DNA from: a virus
Lineage: Duplodnaviria; Caudoviricetes
Virus record (IMG/VR): IMGVR_UViG_3300020044_002438
Location: 1-53,037 of that record
DNA length: 53,037 bases
Reading direction: 5' to 3' (one strand)
Part shown: positions 26,282 to 36,464 of the stretch, piece after piece
Layout of the letters: every line of letters starts with the position of its first letter
How positions within the stretch are numbered: position 1 is the stretch's first letter
Position numbers and translations under genes: made by a program
The notes under the pieces: generated by a model
The model's input: the letters and a program-made list of their open reading frames with translations, nothing else
Databases searched by the model: none
Told to the model about the DNA's origin: nothing

Positions 26282-28762
26282 TTACTTTAGCGGGCCCCAT
26301 TGAGCATACTTACTGCTAGCACCCGATGGAGCAGCCCCTCTACCCAATGTTTCGCGTTGTGCTGGTGTTAATGCCGCATCCGCTGCTGCCGTTGCTTTTT
26401 CATCTGCAGTTTCAGGGTCAATCGCTGAGTATTTACCTAGAGCACTATTATACACATCTTTCCAAATCGCTTGTGCTTTCAACGCATTTTGCTCGGTTTT
26501 ATCTGCTGTTGCCCTTATTCCCGCTGCTTTAACTTGAGCTGCATCACCCATTGCCTGACGTTTTTCAGCACTCTTATTAGACATTTCTTCGCGTTTAAGT
26601 GAAGTAGCATTTTGAGAAGCTTGGGCAGCTAAGTCCATCCATTTACCGCCCCATGTTTGTGAGGCTTTAGCTAGTGCTTCTTTCTCTTTAGCTGCTTCTT
26701 CCCAGTTGCCCGCTTTCTCTAATCGCGTTGCATGGTCTAAACCATAGATAATTTTATCTAATTCAGCAGCAGCTTTTTTCTGGTCGGCTTTATCAGCAAT
26801 TAGATTAGGTATAGTTTTCTTAGCTGCTTCCATACCTGCAACCAAAGTAGGGCCAGGAGTTGACCCCCATACAGAGAAGAACTCAGCTAGGCGCATTTGT
26901 TGTAGGCGTTCGGCTTCTTCTTTAGCGTTAGCTTTTTGGTCCATAATTGTTTTGCGGTATTCTGCGCCAGCAGTATCAGGACCTAAGAATGCTTCTTTTT
27001 CACGTTGGCGTTTTTCTGCAAGTTGAGCTACTGTCTCACCTGTATCAGGATTTTTATTCATGTAGTCTTGAATAGACTTAGGTGCCCCTGCCAATATCCC
27101 TGCTGTGGTAGTTTGGTCTGGCGGCATTGTCGCTGATTGTGCAGGGGTTCTATTTTCTACAGGTACATCTGCTGCTGGTAACCCTTTATCTGCCGCTGGT
27201 TTTTCTGCGGCCATTCTAGCTTTTAACAACTGCGCTTGTTTATCTGCAACTACTGCAGGGTCTACATTTGGTGCATAAGGGCCATTTAATTGTGGCTGTG
27301 CTGCTGGTGCTGGTGTTTTATATCCTGCACCTGTAACTAACTTATCAGCAATGCCTTTTGCTACGCCCGCACCTTCTACAGCTCTTTCACCAAGCCGTTT
27401 ACCTTGACCAGTTATATATTTAATTGGGTCTAATTCGCTTGCGGCATAAACTACATCACCGAGAAAATTACCATAGTCAGGGTTCTCTTCTTCTACTTTA
27501 TCACCCGCTTTAAATGCAATGATGCCGCCGGGAGCAAAGCTTTTATCTTGTAATACTTCTTTAGCTATCTTACGAACAGTCGCACTTTGTGATGACTTAA
27601 TAACTTCTTGTAGTTTCTCTGGTGAGTAATCATACAAATCATTTTTAACTTCACCACCAACATCGTACGAAGCAATCCCGCCTTTAGCATATGATTTAAT
27701 CTCACCACCTTTAGCTTTAGTAACGCCTAGCGCGTTAGATAGTGACAAGCCTGTACCCAGTGCACCGATACCTTGGGTTAATGCATTAGGGGTCGCTTGG
27801 TAAGACTGAGTTGTAACCCCCTGCATAGGTAGACCGCGCAACATATTAGACATCATACCTAGTTGCATCATTGGGTATTGTTGAGCAGTAGCGTAGTCTT
27901 GGATAGACTGGTTAATCATGTTTTGTTGTTGCTGTTGTTGTTGGCCGCCGAACTGATTCTGCATCCCAATGATGTCTTTTTGTGCGCCTAGTTGTTGCCC
28001 ACCCAATGCGCCTAGCGTACCTGCAGCTTGACCAGCTTGACCCAAACCTTGCAATGCCGCTTGATTACCTTGTAGGCCTAAGTTAGCACCAAACTGTTGT
28101 TGCTGTTGGGCATTTTGGAATGCGTTGTTATACCCTTGAGAAATAGTAGAATCAATAGCACCTTGCATGTTCCGTAGATTTTCAGACGCCATTAGCGCTT
28201 CACGAGTACCACCAAACGCGCCAGCTTGAGTTGCTTGACCTTGTTGTTGAGTCCCAGTAATGCCATACTGACGACGCATAGCTTCAATTTGTGGTGCAAG
28301 AGAAGACTGTAGGTAAGGGTTCATGTATGCTTGAACCGCATTAGGATTGGTAGCCTGTTGTGCGAAGTTATTTCCAGTATTAGCTAGCTGCCCTGCCATA
28401 CCTAATGAACCTAATCCTGATGCGCCTGCTAAGTCTGTGGCACCTGCAAATTGGCCCGGAGTTTGTAAGTTCGCTGCACCTTGGAAAGATTGTTGTTGCA
28501 TGGGGGAGAAGCCAGCAACGTAGTCTTGAGCGTTTGTACTATATGGAGTATATGGTTGAAAACCAGTTATATTCCCGCTATTATCCATTTGGAATAATTG
28601 TTTTTGGGTAGCACCCAACATAGTCTCAACATATGGCTGAGCATATTCTGGTATATTAGTTGTGTACGTGGTACCCGTAGATGTAGTGCTGCCTCCGCCG
28701 CCTTTACCGTTGTACCCTGGATGTTTTAGAACACCAATACCAAATTTACTATTACCAAACAT
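26282..28762 (-). CDS. internal virion/DNA ejection protein
   Basis: Q/G/A-rich; YMNPY and GAFGG.R motifs typical of podoviral pilot/ejection proteins; several [YF]xxGG motifs. Confidence 0.75.
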   Translation of the reverse strand: MFGNSKFGIGVLKHPGYNGKGGGGSTTSTGTTYTTNIPEYAQPYVETMLGATQKQLFQMDNSGNITGFQPYTPYSTNAQDYVAGFSPMQQQSFQGAANLQTPGQFAGATDLAGASGLGSLGMAGQLANTGNNFAQQATNPNAVQAYMNPYLQSSLAPQIEAMRRQYGITGTQQQGQATQAGAFGGTREALMASENLRNMQGAIDSTISQGYNNAFQNAQQQQQFGANLGLQGNQAALQGLGQAGQAAGTLGALGGQQLGAQKDIIGMQNQFGGQQQQQQQNMINQSIQDYATAQQYPMMQLGMMSNMLRGLPMQGVTTQSYQATPNALTQGIGALGTGLSLSNALGVTKAKGGEIKSYAKGGIASYDVGGEVKNDLYDYSPEKLQEVIKSSQSATVRKIAKEVLQDKSFAPGGIIAFKAGDKVEEENPDYGNFLGDVVYAASELDPIKYITGQGKRLGERAVEGAGVAKGIADKLVTGAGYKTPAPAAQPQLNGPYAPNVDPAVVADKQAQLLKARMAAEKPAADKGLPAADVPVENRTPAQSATMPPDQTTTAGILAGAPKSIQDYMNKNPDTGETVAQLAEKRQREKEAFLGPDTAGAEYRKTIMDQKANAKEEAERLQQMRLAEFFSVWGSTPGPTLVAGMEAAKKTIPNLIADKADQKKAAAELDKIIYGLDHATRLEKAGNWEEAAKEKEALAKASQTWGGKWMDLAAQASQNATSLKREEMSNKSAEKRQAMGDAAQVKAAGIRATADKTEQNALKAQAIWKDVYNSALGKYSAIDPETADEKATAAADAALTPAQRETLGRGAAPSGASSKYAQWGPLK

Positions 28763-28764
28763 AA

Positions 28765-29181
28765 TTAGCTCTCCACAGGCAATTCATAAAACATGAATCG
28801 CGATTTAAATCCATCATTTTTAAATACTTTTTCCCAGCCTCTACGGCCATAACTTTCTATGATGTTACACCCATGGTCTTTTGCAAACCGTTGTAACATT
28901 TCCAGCATTTCTTTTTTCCATTTAGGCAGTTTTATCCCACCAGTAAAATGCATAACTAAGGCAGTCATTTGAGGGTACTGTACTATCTCAGTAACAACCA
29001 CGCCATATACAGCTAATCCCTCGTAGGCTATCCATAACTGCTGAGGGGCAATACACAGCTTTTCTTTTATATCCGCAACTGTAAACCTGCCATAAGTATA
29101 ATCAGCAGCGCCTTTTAGATATTGTTCCACTGAAGGCCAAACACTGTCGACATGCTCAACAGGTACAATCGAAATTTCCAT
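28765..29181 (-). CDS. GNAT-like (acetyltransferase-fold) virion-module protein
   Basis: QLWIA...VVTEIVQYP...GG...FAKDHGC..IESYGRRGW. Confidence 0.7.
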   Translation of the reverse strand: MEISIVPVEHVDSVWPSVEQYLKGAADYTYGRFTVADIKEKLCIAPQQLWIAYEGLAVYGVVVTEIVQYPQMTALVMHFTGGIKLPKWKKEMLEMLQRFAKDHGCNIIESYGRRGWEKVFKNDGFKSRFMFYELPVES

Positions 29182-29184
29182 AAT

Positions 29185-31110
29185 CTATTTAGGCATGAAT
29201 TTCTTAGGGTTAATTTGTTTACCTTGCGCTTTCCTGCCTGTACGTGCGGTGCGCACTTTGTCCATCATGCCGTGTAAGTGTTTAGCACCTGCTTCGGTAG
29301 ACCCATTACCTAAATGAGAAACTACATCTGCTGGAATTACAAATTCGCCATCAGCTAAACGGGCAGGTTGTTTATTCGCAATTGTAGCAGGAATATCGTC
29401 ACTCATACCATCACCAGGACCTCTAAGTAATCGAGCGTTACCACCTGCTGCATACCCACCTAGACTTGAATCGCTACCCATTATGCCACCTTGCGCTGCT
29501 TTTTTCATCATCGCGGGGGTTAGGTCTATCGCACCTAATGCTGGAGCTGTTGCCATAGCTTTTTGGGGAACGCTAGTTTTTTTATATAAATTATCTAGTT
29601 TACTTGCGGCTGTTTTATAGGGGTTATCAAATTGAAAGTCTTCGTCTCTTACGTTGTTAATACCTACATCAATGCCTGGGCCAGGGATACCACCGCCTTT
29701 ATAACCAGGAGCACTAGCTGCTGGTGCGGCTGGAGCCGCCATTGGGGCCGTTGGTGCTGCCATTGCTGGACCTGCTTCTGCTGGCGCCATTTGACTTAAA
29801 ATTGTAGGGGTTAAATTAGGTGCGTAAGTATCTAAAAGGTTTTGTGCTCCACCCCATTTAGCAGCAAAATTTAATATTGGTAGATTAGATGGAGGGCCCA
29901 CTGGTCCGGTTGTTTCTGGGATGTATTCAGCTTTATATGGGTTAGGTACTATATCAGGCGCACGAACAAAGTTAGCTAATGGGTCTCTAGTACCACCACC
30001 ACCGCCACCACCTTTACCGTACATAGCTCCCGTGCCAGTACCGGCATTACCGCCGCCTTTGCCTGTCATCCCCCCAGCAGCCATTTTAACAGGCTCACCA
30101 GAATAAGGATTAACCGCTGGCTCATAATCAGCACCTATTACTTCAGCACTTGCTGGCATTTGGCTTGGTGTAGCAAATTGAGTATTATCTTGTTGCGACA
30201 TAGGATACCCACCTTGAGCTAATGCAGCGATACCACCTTGCGCAAATGATTGCATTACTCCGCCTTCTTTAGCTGTTCGGTAAGACTGATATTGCGGTTT
30301 ATACACATTAGCTGTAGGGAAAGAACCTTGGAAGTTAGGTGATAACTTGTACTTGCTTAATGAGCTAGGTTTTTTCTCTGGCTCTTTATCACTAGGCTGC
30401 ATCAGTGCGTTTGCTGTAGTAGACGCTGCATATAAAGCAGTTAATGGGTTTTTCTCAGCCCAATCCATCACCTTACCAAACCCACGTTCTAACGCGCTAG
30501 GTGAAGTACCTACAGGGGCACCATTAATCCCACCAAGCCCTTCTGCTCCAGTTTGCATATTAAACGCGTCAGTTGGTAATGAAGTAAGTGAATATGGGCT
30601 AGCTGTTCCGGTTGTTGCAGGAGTTAGATTAATCCCAGGACCTTGAATGCCACCCGGCATTCCAACATTTAGATTTGTAGCACCTTGTCCAAACCCTTGT
30701 GATGCGACTTGGTCTATTCCTTGTGGTGCCGCCGCTGGCATTGGAGCTGCTACTTGAGCCGGAGCTGCCGCTACTTCTGGAACTGCTGGCGCTGAAGGTA
30801 ATGCTATTGGACCGCCTGATGGACCCATTAAAGACGCACCCGCATCTGTCATAGTGTTTCCAGCTATGTTAGCTAGGTTAGCCCCTTGTATACCCCCCGC
30901 AGTTGTTGATGCCGCTGTTGGAGCAGAGGTAAGCGCTGCACCTGCTTGTTGGGCTAGTGTTTGTTGTGTCGCCGCCGCTGGTAACCCACTAGTCGCCGCT
31001 GCCGCTGCTGTCGAAGCTCCCCCCGCTGCCGCTGCCATTGCCGCTGCTGTTGCCGCCGCTTCCGCCGCTGCTATTTGCCCCATTACTACTGCTGATGTTG
31101 CGAAAGTCAT
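29185..31110 (-). CDS. internal virion protein with multiple xAxGG motifs
   Basis: Ala-rich N-terminus; C-terminal GPGDGMSDDIPA...ARLADGEFVIPADVV domain. Confidence 0.8.
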   Translation of the reverse strand: MTFATSAVVMGQIAAAEAAATAAAMAAAAGGASTAAAAATSGLPAAATQQTLAQQAGAALTSAPTAASTTAGGIQGANLANIAGNTMTDAGASLMGPSGGPIALPSAPAVPEVAAAPAQVAAPMPAAAPQGIDQVASQGFGQGATNLNVGMPGGIQGPGINLTPATTGTASPYSLTSLPTDAFNMQTGAEGLGGINGAPVGTSPSALERGFGKVMDWAEKNPLTALYAASTTANALMQPSDKEPEKKPSSLSKYKLSPNFQGSFPTANVYKPQYQSYRTAKEGGVMQSFAQGGIAALAQGGYPMSQQDNTQFATPSQMPASAEVIGADYEPAVNPYSGEPVKMAAGGMTGKGGGNAGTGTGAMYGKGGGGGGGTRDPLANFVRAPDIVPNPYKAEYIPETTGPVGPPSNLPILNFAAKWGGAQNLLDTYAPNLTPTILSQMAPAEAGPAMAAPTAPMAAPAAPAASAPGYKGGGIPGPGIDVGINNVRDEDFQFDNPYKTAASKLDNLYKKTSVPQKAMATAPALGAIDLTPAMMKKAAQGGIMGSDSSLGGYAAGGNARLLRGPGDGMSDDIPATIANKQPARLADGEFVIPADVVSHLGNGSTEAGAKHLHGMMDKVRTARTGRKAQGKQINPKKFMPK

Positions 31111-31111
31111 A

Positions 31112-31600
31112 TTATTTACCCTCAATCTGAGTTGCTTTAAGGGCCACCGCCCAGTCTTTTAATTCATTCCCGACACCATAAGGTGAAGAATCGTCATTTT
31201 CAACTAACTCGTCTTCAGCTTCAGCCACATCGGTCTTATCTGTTTTTAACGCAGTGAACCCTATAGTCTCGGTAACAGCTAACACTACATTCTTTGTACC
31301 GGCTTTAGTAGGAATTACATCACCAGCAAATATCTTCCGCATGCCATTTTCAGTCCATACTATAGCTTCGCCTTGAGCGCATATGAATAAATGGTCTGTC
31401 TTATGCACCCTTCCAATAAGTAGTACGCCTGCGGGTAACGTCATCTTCCTACCGTACATCCCGCCAGAGAAATAATGCTCTGTTTTAAAGCTCATTGCAA
31501 TAGGCATCTTAGCCATTTCGGCCTGCAACTTGTCAATCTGTACTCGACTTGGAACTTCTTTAGCTGATATCTTAGATAACTCTGTAGGCTCTAGTTGCAT
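31112..31600 (-). CDS. cupin-fold protein
   Basis: EHYFSGGMYGR...PAG..LIGRVHKTDH...G...AGTK pattern. Confidence 0.7.
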   Translation of the reverse strand: MQLEPTELSKISAKEVPSRVQIDKLQAEMAKMPIAMSFKTEHYFSGGMYGRKMTLPAGVLLIGRVHKTDHLFICAQGEAIVWTENGMRKIFAGDVIPTKAGTKNVVLAVTETIGFTALKTDKTDVAEAEDELVENDDSSPYGVGNELKDWAVALKATQIEGK

Positions 31601-31642
31601 TCGCTTTTAAACCTTTGTTTAGTTTACTGAATAATATCACTA

Positions 31643-32299
31643 TTATAGCGCTGAGACAAATGTCATTGTCGCCACAACCGATGCAGTTGAAGGTTTAGTT
31701 GGCAAAATGGATGCGATATAAGTAGGGATGGTTACGTTTGCGTTTGTGGTAGACCAGTATATTTGTACTCCGTCACCAGCGTTCATAGATAAAAAGTAGT
31801 TCCAACCTTTAATGTCGTGTGATGGGTCTCCTACACCTTTTCTTGCTGGCATACCAACTTTTCCTGTAGAACCAATAATATCTACACCATTTTGCTTAAG
31901 CCAAATAAATACATCTTGTGGGGCATTATCTGCGTTTTCTAACTGAACGCTAAATTGCATGTTATAAATACCGGGGTTTTCTACAACCATGTTAGAAGAA
32001 CCGTTTAAAGATACTCCATTAGCAAAATCAGTATTAGTCATTGTTACCAAAGTGGCCGTATTAGCTGTTGTGGATTGGCTTGTAAAACTAGAAAACGCCC
32101 CGTATGGAAACTCTAAAAAACTACCTCCGCTACCCCCTGATATACCTTGTAAAAAGTTATCAACCTGTCCAAAATAAATACGTAACGCATTAGATAGTTG
32201 GTCTACGTACTGTTGAGTATACTCAACCGGCGCAATAGGTAAGTTAGGTGCCTTTGAAGGGCGTAACGGTAATGATTTTAACGGGGTGTTATATGCCAT
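31643..32299 (-). CDS. tail-associated protein with C1q/BclA-like C-terminal domain
   Basis: APNLP.AP.EY...LRIYF N-terminus; GIYNMQFSVQL...IWLKQNG...AGD.VQIYW. Confidence 0.7.
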   Translation of the reverse strand: MAYNTPLKSLPLRPSKAPNLPIAPVEYTQQYVDQLSNALRIYFGQVDNFLQGISGGSGGSFLEFPYGAFSSFTSQSTTANTATLVTMTNTDFANGVSLNGSSNMVVENPGIYNMQFSVQLENADNAPQDVFIWLKQNGVDIIGSTGKVGMPARKGVGDPSHDIKGWNYFLSMNAGDGVQIYWSTTNANVTIPTYIASILPTKPSTASVVATMTFVSAL

Positions 32300-34539
32300 T
32301 ACCTACGTCCATCTGGTCTAATATCAATACGAGGCATACCAAGCTGCCAAGCCACACCTATTCCATCGGACTCAATTCTAAATGCCAACTGACGCCCGCG
32401 AAGCCTTGTGTATACTTGTCCTGTAAACTCTTGAATATTAAATACCTGACCAGTACCGTAATTGTCCGCGCTTTTTACTGATGGGTTATTAGCCGCGCCG
32501 TATGGTGTACCTGAGTTCTGACGAGGTTTAACAGTCATAGTTACAGATGGGCCATTTACATTAGACCCGTTAAAGTTTACATCTGGCAGTATACGCCACA
32601 CAAACCCGAAGTTATGCCCGTCACCAATATCAAAGTCAGAAGACTGCACGTACGCAGCAATAGGTAAGGTAGTCTCGCCGGCATTATCATCAACTGAAGA
32701 CTCATGGTATAAAATACGGTTGTTATAATCCGCTGCCATTGGGTACTGACGAATGCCTGAATCTAGCCAAGCACTGCGCGCCATAGAGCCATAGTACCAA
32801 ACACGGTCAACATAGTTATATATTATATACTTATCAATTGTAGTCCCGTTGCTTGAGTTACTTACATAGAACCACCAAACCTCGTTGTACCCTTCATTAC
32901 CGCCAGCAAATACTTGGAATGCTTGGTCTTTATTTATGTCGTTAAAAACATACTGACGCAATGCGCACGGTAAGGTCTCCACACGACCAGAATACATATA
33001 GAACTTGTCACCGCCCATCCAGTAGGTTACGTTGTTTACTGTTATCATAGCGTTAGGAGACATGATAGAAATATTATCCATCAAGATATTAAACCCCCAC
33101 ACATATGGAGCGCCTAGATACTGCATTGAATATAGTGCGGAATCAGTCCAGATTAGAATCTCTTGGCGCGTAGCTCTAGCCCCCACAATAAAAGACCCAT
33201 TAGTTAGTAAAAACTCACCTGACTGGTTTGTAATAGCTGGAACCCATTCATATGGATTAATCTGGTCTGACCATCTAACAAGCATTGGGTTGAATGGGGT
33301 ATTAGGTGTGCCGGATATATAAGAGTTAGCACCCATAGCAATTACGAATTTTTGAATAGCAGAAGCTACAACTTGGTTAGTTGTATGCGGAACGTAAGTA
33401 CCCGAGAATCCCGCAGCGGTTGAAAGCGTATTTAACGACGCCGCTCTTGTTTGTACACCTAAAGAATCTTTCCAATAGTATATCCCGCCGCCACGAGGAG
33501 CAATTATAAGGTCTTGTCCAAAGTTATCATTAGACCATAAGCGTAGTTGAGTGCCGATACCGACAGTATATGATGAGCCCCAACTCCGTGTGCCTGATTG
33601 AGGGATTACAACAATGTTTGTCCCGCCGCCAGTGCCTGTTGATGTCGCTTGAAGAATTGTACCTGCATCACTATTATTTGGAAGCAGGCCTGGGGTTTTA
33701 ACTGAGTACGTGTTAGCTGACAGATAAGTAATAGCAAATGTATTGTTTAACCCATTCGTAGGGATGCCATTAGTTGCAGTTGCACCTGTAATAACTACAT
33801 AGTTACCTGTAACCAAACCATGAGCTGTCTGAGTTACTACAACAGTGCCACTATTAATTGTAGTAGCCAATGGGTTTGCGCCAAGTGAAACAGGTATGAA
33901 TGGTGACCACGGCCCTGCACCCCAACCGTTACCAGTTGTGTATACGTTTAACCCGCTAGGAACTTCGTAAGACGCAACAGTAGCTGCACCGCCAGTACCT
34001 ACATCTGATGCATTAGCTAGTACAGGTAGACCGGATGTAGCGTTTCTTGCTGAGATTGTATAGGTAGAAGCAGAAGGTACACTAAGTACTATGTATTCTT
34101 GATTTAATACCCCTGCAGTTATGTTTCCTCCTAATGAGGCTGCTGCACTAAACACAACATAGTCCCCAACAGAAGGCGTATATGTGCCATCAGTTACTGT
34201 AATTATACTTGACCCATTAGCTGCGGCAAAAGTAGTAGCGCCCGCTGCGCTAATAGTACTAAATGGAGTTACGTCGTTGTATTGACCCCCGCGCTCGATA
34301 TAGTACTTAATATTAGTACCTATGCCTAAATAGTTTGAACCATCTAAATCAACCCAGTTCCATAAGGAACGCGCAACACCTAGGTAAGTATCATTCGATA
34401 ACCGAGACCAGCCACCAATCTTTTCAGGGAACCCAGAACGAAAACGAATTTTGTCGCCGTCGTACCAACCGCCTTCGTTGGCATAGTCTGTACCTTCACG
34501 GTTAAGCCCCGGTCTAAATTCTAGTTTCTGTAATGGCAT
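32299..34539 (-). CDS. tail nozzle / DNA stabilization protein (P22 gp10 / tail tubular B-like)
   Basis: GGWYDGDKIRFRSGFPEKIGGW, DNFGQDL, VRWSDQ, EVWWFY and C-terminal RIDIRPDGRR; two inserted small beta domains. Confidence 0.8.
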   Translation of the reverse strand: MPLQKLEFRPGLNREGTDYANEGGWYDGDKIRFRSGFPEKIGGWSRLSNDTYLGVARSLWNWVDLDGSNYLGIGTNIKYYIERGGQYNDVTPFSTISAAGATTFAAANGSSIITVTDGTYTPSVGDYVVFSAAASLGGNITAGVLNQEYIVLSVPSASTYTISARNATSGLPVLANASDVGTGGAATVASYEVPSGLNVYTTGNGWGAGPWSPFIPVSLGANPLATTINSGTVVVTQTAHGLVTGNYVVITGATATNGIPTNGLNNTFAITYLSANTYSVKTPGLLPNNSDAGTILQATSTGTGGGTNIVVIPQSGTRSWGSSYTVGIGTQLRLWSNDNFGQDLIIAPRGGGIYYWKDSLGVQTRAASLNTLSTAAGFSGTYVPHTTNQVVASAIQKFVIAMGANSYISGTPNTPFNPMLVRWSDQINPYEWVPAITNQSGEFLLTNGSFIVGARATRQEILIWTDSALYSMQYLGAPYVWGFNILMDNISIMSPNAMITVNNVTYWMGGDKFYMYSGRVETLPCALRQYVFNDINKDQAFQVFAGGNEGYNEVWWFYVSNSSNGTTIDKYIIYNYVDRVWYYGSMARSAWLDSGIRQYPMAADYNNRILYHESSVDDNAGETTLPIAAYVQSSDFDIGDGHNFGFVWRILPDVNFNGSNVNGPSVTMTVKPRQNSGTPYGAANNPSVKSADNYGTGQVFNIQEFTGQVYTRLRGRQLAFRIESDGIGVAWQLGMPRIDIRPDGRR

Positions 34540-34540
34540 G

Positions 34541-34735
34541 CTATTGGTATCCCTGCTCTAATGACAATATGTATTCTCCGAGCGCTTTAGTGTTTGCTCG
34601 GTCTAAGCACATACCGCCATCACTTTGTTTTTGTATTTTCAGTGTTGGTTTGGTCGGTTTTATTAGAGTCGTCTGTGCGCACCCCGTTACTAAAGTGAGT
34701 GTCAAACCAATCAGCAGGGTTTTTTTCAAGTGCAT
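34541..34735 (-). CDS. o-spanin (Rz1-like lipoprotein)
   Basis: Signal peptide with lipobox LVTG-C; overlaps 34620-34829 in another frame; downstream of endolysin and holin. Confidence 0.75.
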   Translation of the reverse strand: MHLKKTLLIGLTLTLVTGCAQTTLIKPTKPTLKIQKQSDGGMCLDRANTKALGEYILSLEQGYQ

Positions 34736-34829
34736 CTCTAGCCTTTTGCGCTTTTTTGTGTTCTTGATGGGCTATCCACTTATCTAATAAAGCAAGTAGC
34801 TTGTCAAGTACAGCAATTAATTTAGTCAT
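34620..34829 (-). CDS. i-spanin (Rz-like)
   Basis: Hydrophobic/amphipathic N-terminus; overlaps the lipoprotein gene in Rz/Rz1 arrangement. Confidence 0.6.
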   Translation of the reverse strand: MTKLIAVLDKLLALLDKWIAHQEHKKAQKARDALEKNPADWFDTHFSNGVRTDDSNKTDQTNTENTKTK

Positions 34830-34996
34830 TTCTTATCGGCAGTGAGCACACCAATAGCACCAATAACTGCTAAGCCTAAAGCAATAATCGCTTCACCTTG
34901 TTCTGGTGAGATACCTACGCCTACCGCAGTTAATAATGCTACTAAACCACGCCATGTTGACGCTTCTTTACCACGTGATATTAAATATTCTTTCAT
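34826..34996 (-). CDS. holin (56 aa, 2 TM)
   Basis: Not in the ORF track. MKEYLISRGKEASTWRGLVALLTAVGVGISPEQGEAIIALGLAVIGAIGVLTADKK; E.STWRG motif; lies between endolysin and spanins. Confidence 0.8.
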   Translation of the reverse strand: MKEYLISRGKEASTWRGLVALLTAVGVGISPEQGEAIIALGLAVIGAIGVLTADKK

Positions 34997-34997
34997 A

Positions 34998-35435
34998 TTA
35001 AAGTCCTTTTGTGTATTTAACCTTACCGTTTTTAAAATGTGCTGTTAGCACTTCCCTTCTATTGCGTGGGTCTACGCTTAGGTGAATCCAAGTCCCTTCG
35101 TAGATGAGCTGGTCGAATTTAATTGGTGACTCAGCAATCTTATTAGCTACTTCTTTCGGTGTGCCAAACTTCGGACAAGTGAAATCAACGGCATAACCCA
35201 GTACGTGCGCAGATAAATCACCACTTCCAATAGCACGATTAAGAGCAAGGCTGCGGTAACCACTAGATATACGAATGGAATTATTGCCCAAAAGGCTACG
35301 AACTTGCTCCAACGTAGCAGCCAGCATACGAAGTTTTTCCGTAACGACCGGTGGTGGGGTGTTATCAATCCCTTTGCGCAGCGCTGTCTCTGATGCGGTA
35401 AATTCATCTAGGCTAAAGTGTTCCGATAGTTTCAT
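34998..35435 (-). CDS. endolysin, peptidase M15A
   Basis: LSEHFSLDEF, ISSGYRS..LN..IG...SAH..G.AVD, FDQLIYE..WIHLS. Confidence 0.92.
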   Translation of the reverse strand: MKLSEHFSLDEFTASETALRKGIDNTPPPVVTEKLRMLAATLEQVRSLLGNNSIRISSGYRSLALNRAIGSGDLSAHVLGYAVDFTCPKFGTPKEVANKIAESPIKFDQLIYEGTWIHLSVDPRNRREVLTAHFKNGKVKYTKGL

Positions 35436-35436
35436 T

Positions 35437-35781
35437 TTACCCTACCCATTTTGCCTCTGGAACTACTGGCCAATTTACTCTGCCACCTACTGGGTTAATA
35501 AAAATTCGTCTAACTTCGCTACGATAAGCAATAAACTCATCTTTGTTTGATAGATACGGTGGATTAGCAGGGTCTGCTACGTCTTCCTCTAACACCCACT
35601 TTGTTTGATATAGTAGGAACTCAGCTTGATTTTTATTTGACTCAGCAGGCATATTATCCGCAATGATGTCATCTGCTTCCTGTTGAGTTACAGATACATA
35701 ATCTTCTGGGATTAAATGGTCTTGAGACCCGTCTTCCTCATACGCATAAATTTGGTTTGTTGGTGTTTTAAATAGTTTCAT
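35437..35781 (-). CDS. tail fibre assembly chaperone-like protein
   Basis: YAYEEDGSQD, L..T.W...DV, F.AYR..VR and WP..P..W motifs. Confidence 0.75.
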   Translation of the reverse strand: MKLFKTPTNQIYAYEEDGSQDHLIPEDYVSVTQQEADDIIADNMPAESNKNQAEFLLYQTKWVLEEDVADPANPPYLSNKDEFIAYRSEVRRIFINPVGGRVNWPVVPEAKWVG

Positions 35782-35791
35782 ATTATTATTC

Positions 35792-36124
35792 CTATGTTCT
35801 TAATTCAGCCCAATTAGATACTACTCCTGTACCGCTAGAAACAATGTATGTAGCCCCATTAGGTACTATGGCTCCTAAAAAATTAGTTGCGTTATTAATT
35901 CCACTTCGTGCAGCAACTACCCCAGATACTGTAATAGTTGAGTCGCCCTGAATTCTTACCCCAATTTGAATAGACCGACCAGTAGTATTAGTATAAGTAC
36001 CACTATTTACCCGTGCAGGGCTTGTAAATGCTTGCCACGTTTGCCCTGAACCTATCATAGCCGCAGCGGAAGTTTGAATTGTTGCGTCGGGGAATTCTAC
36101 CCCTGTAGTTACTAATTTTGTCAT
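35792..36124 (-). CDS. stand-alone tail-fibre tip domain protein (paralogue 4)
   Basis: G.GQTWQ...R...TYTNTTGRSI...IVPNGATY...WAELR. Confidence 0.75.
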   Translation of the reverse strand: MTKLVTTGVEFPDATIQTSAAAMIGSGQTWQAFTSPARVNSGTYTNTTGRSIQIGVRIQGDSTITVSGVVAARSGINNATNFLGAIVPNGATYIVSSGTGVVSNWAELRT

Positions 36125-36128
36125 TTCT

Positions 36129-36452
36129 TTACCCTCTTAATTCACGCCAATTAGATGCAGAGCCAGTCATAGAATATAATCCGTTATTTGGAATAATTGC
36201 ATTAAGATGATTAGTTGCATCCCCTACTCCGCTCCGCGCCGCTATAACCCCACCAACAGTAATGTACCCGTCTCCTATGGTTGTTATAGCCACTGATATA
36301 GACTTTCCTGATGAGTTTGTATAATTAGTTCCAGCTTGCCGTGTAGGACTTGTAAATGCTTGCCAAGTTTGACCTTGCCCAATATCTGTTACTAAAGTAG
36401 TTTGTATTGTCGCATCGGGGAACTGCACCCCTGTAGTTACTAATTTTGTCAT
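36129..36452 (-). CDS. stand-alone tail-fibre tip domain protein (paralogue 3)
   Basis: GQGQTWQ...YTNSSGKSI...IIPN...WRELR. Confidence 0.75.
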   Translation of the reverse strand: MTKLVTTGVQFPDATIQTTLVTDIGQGQTWQAFTSPTRQAGTNYTNSSGKSISVAITTIGDGYITVGGVIAARSGVGDATNHLNAIIPNNGLYSMTGSASNWRELRG

Positions 36453-36464
36453 TTACTTATCCTA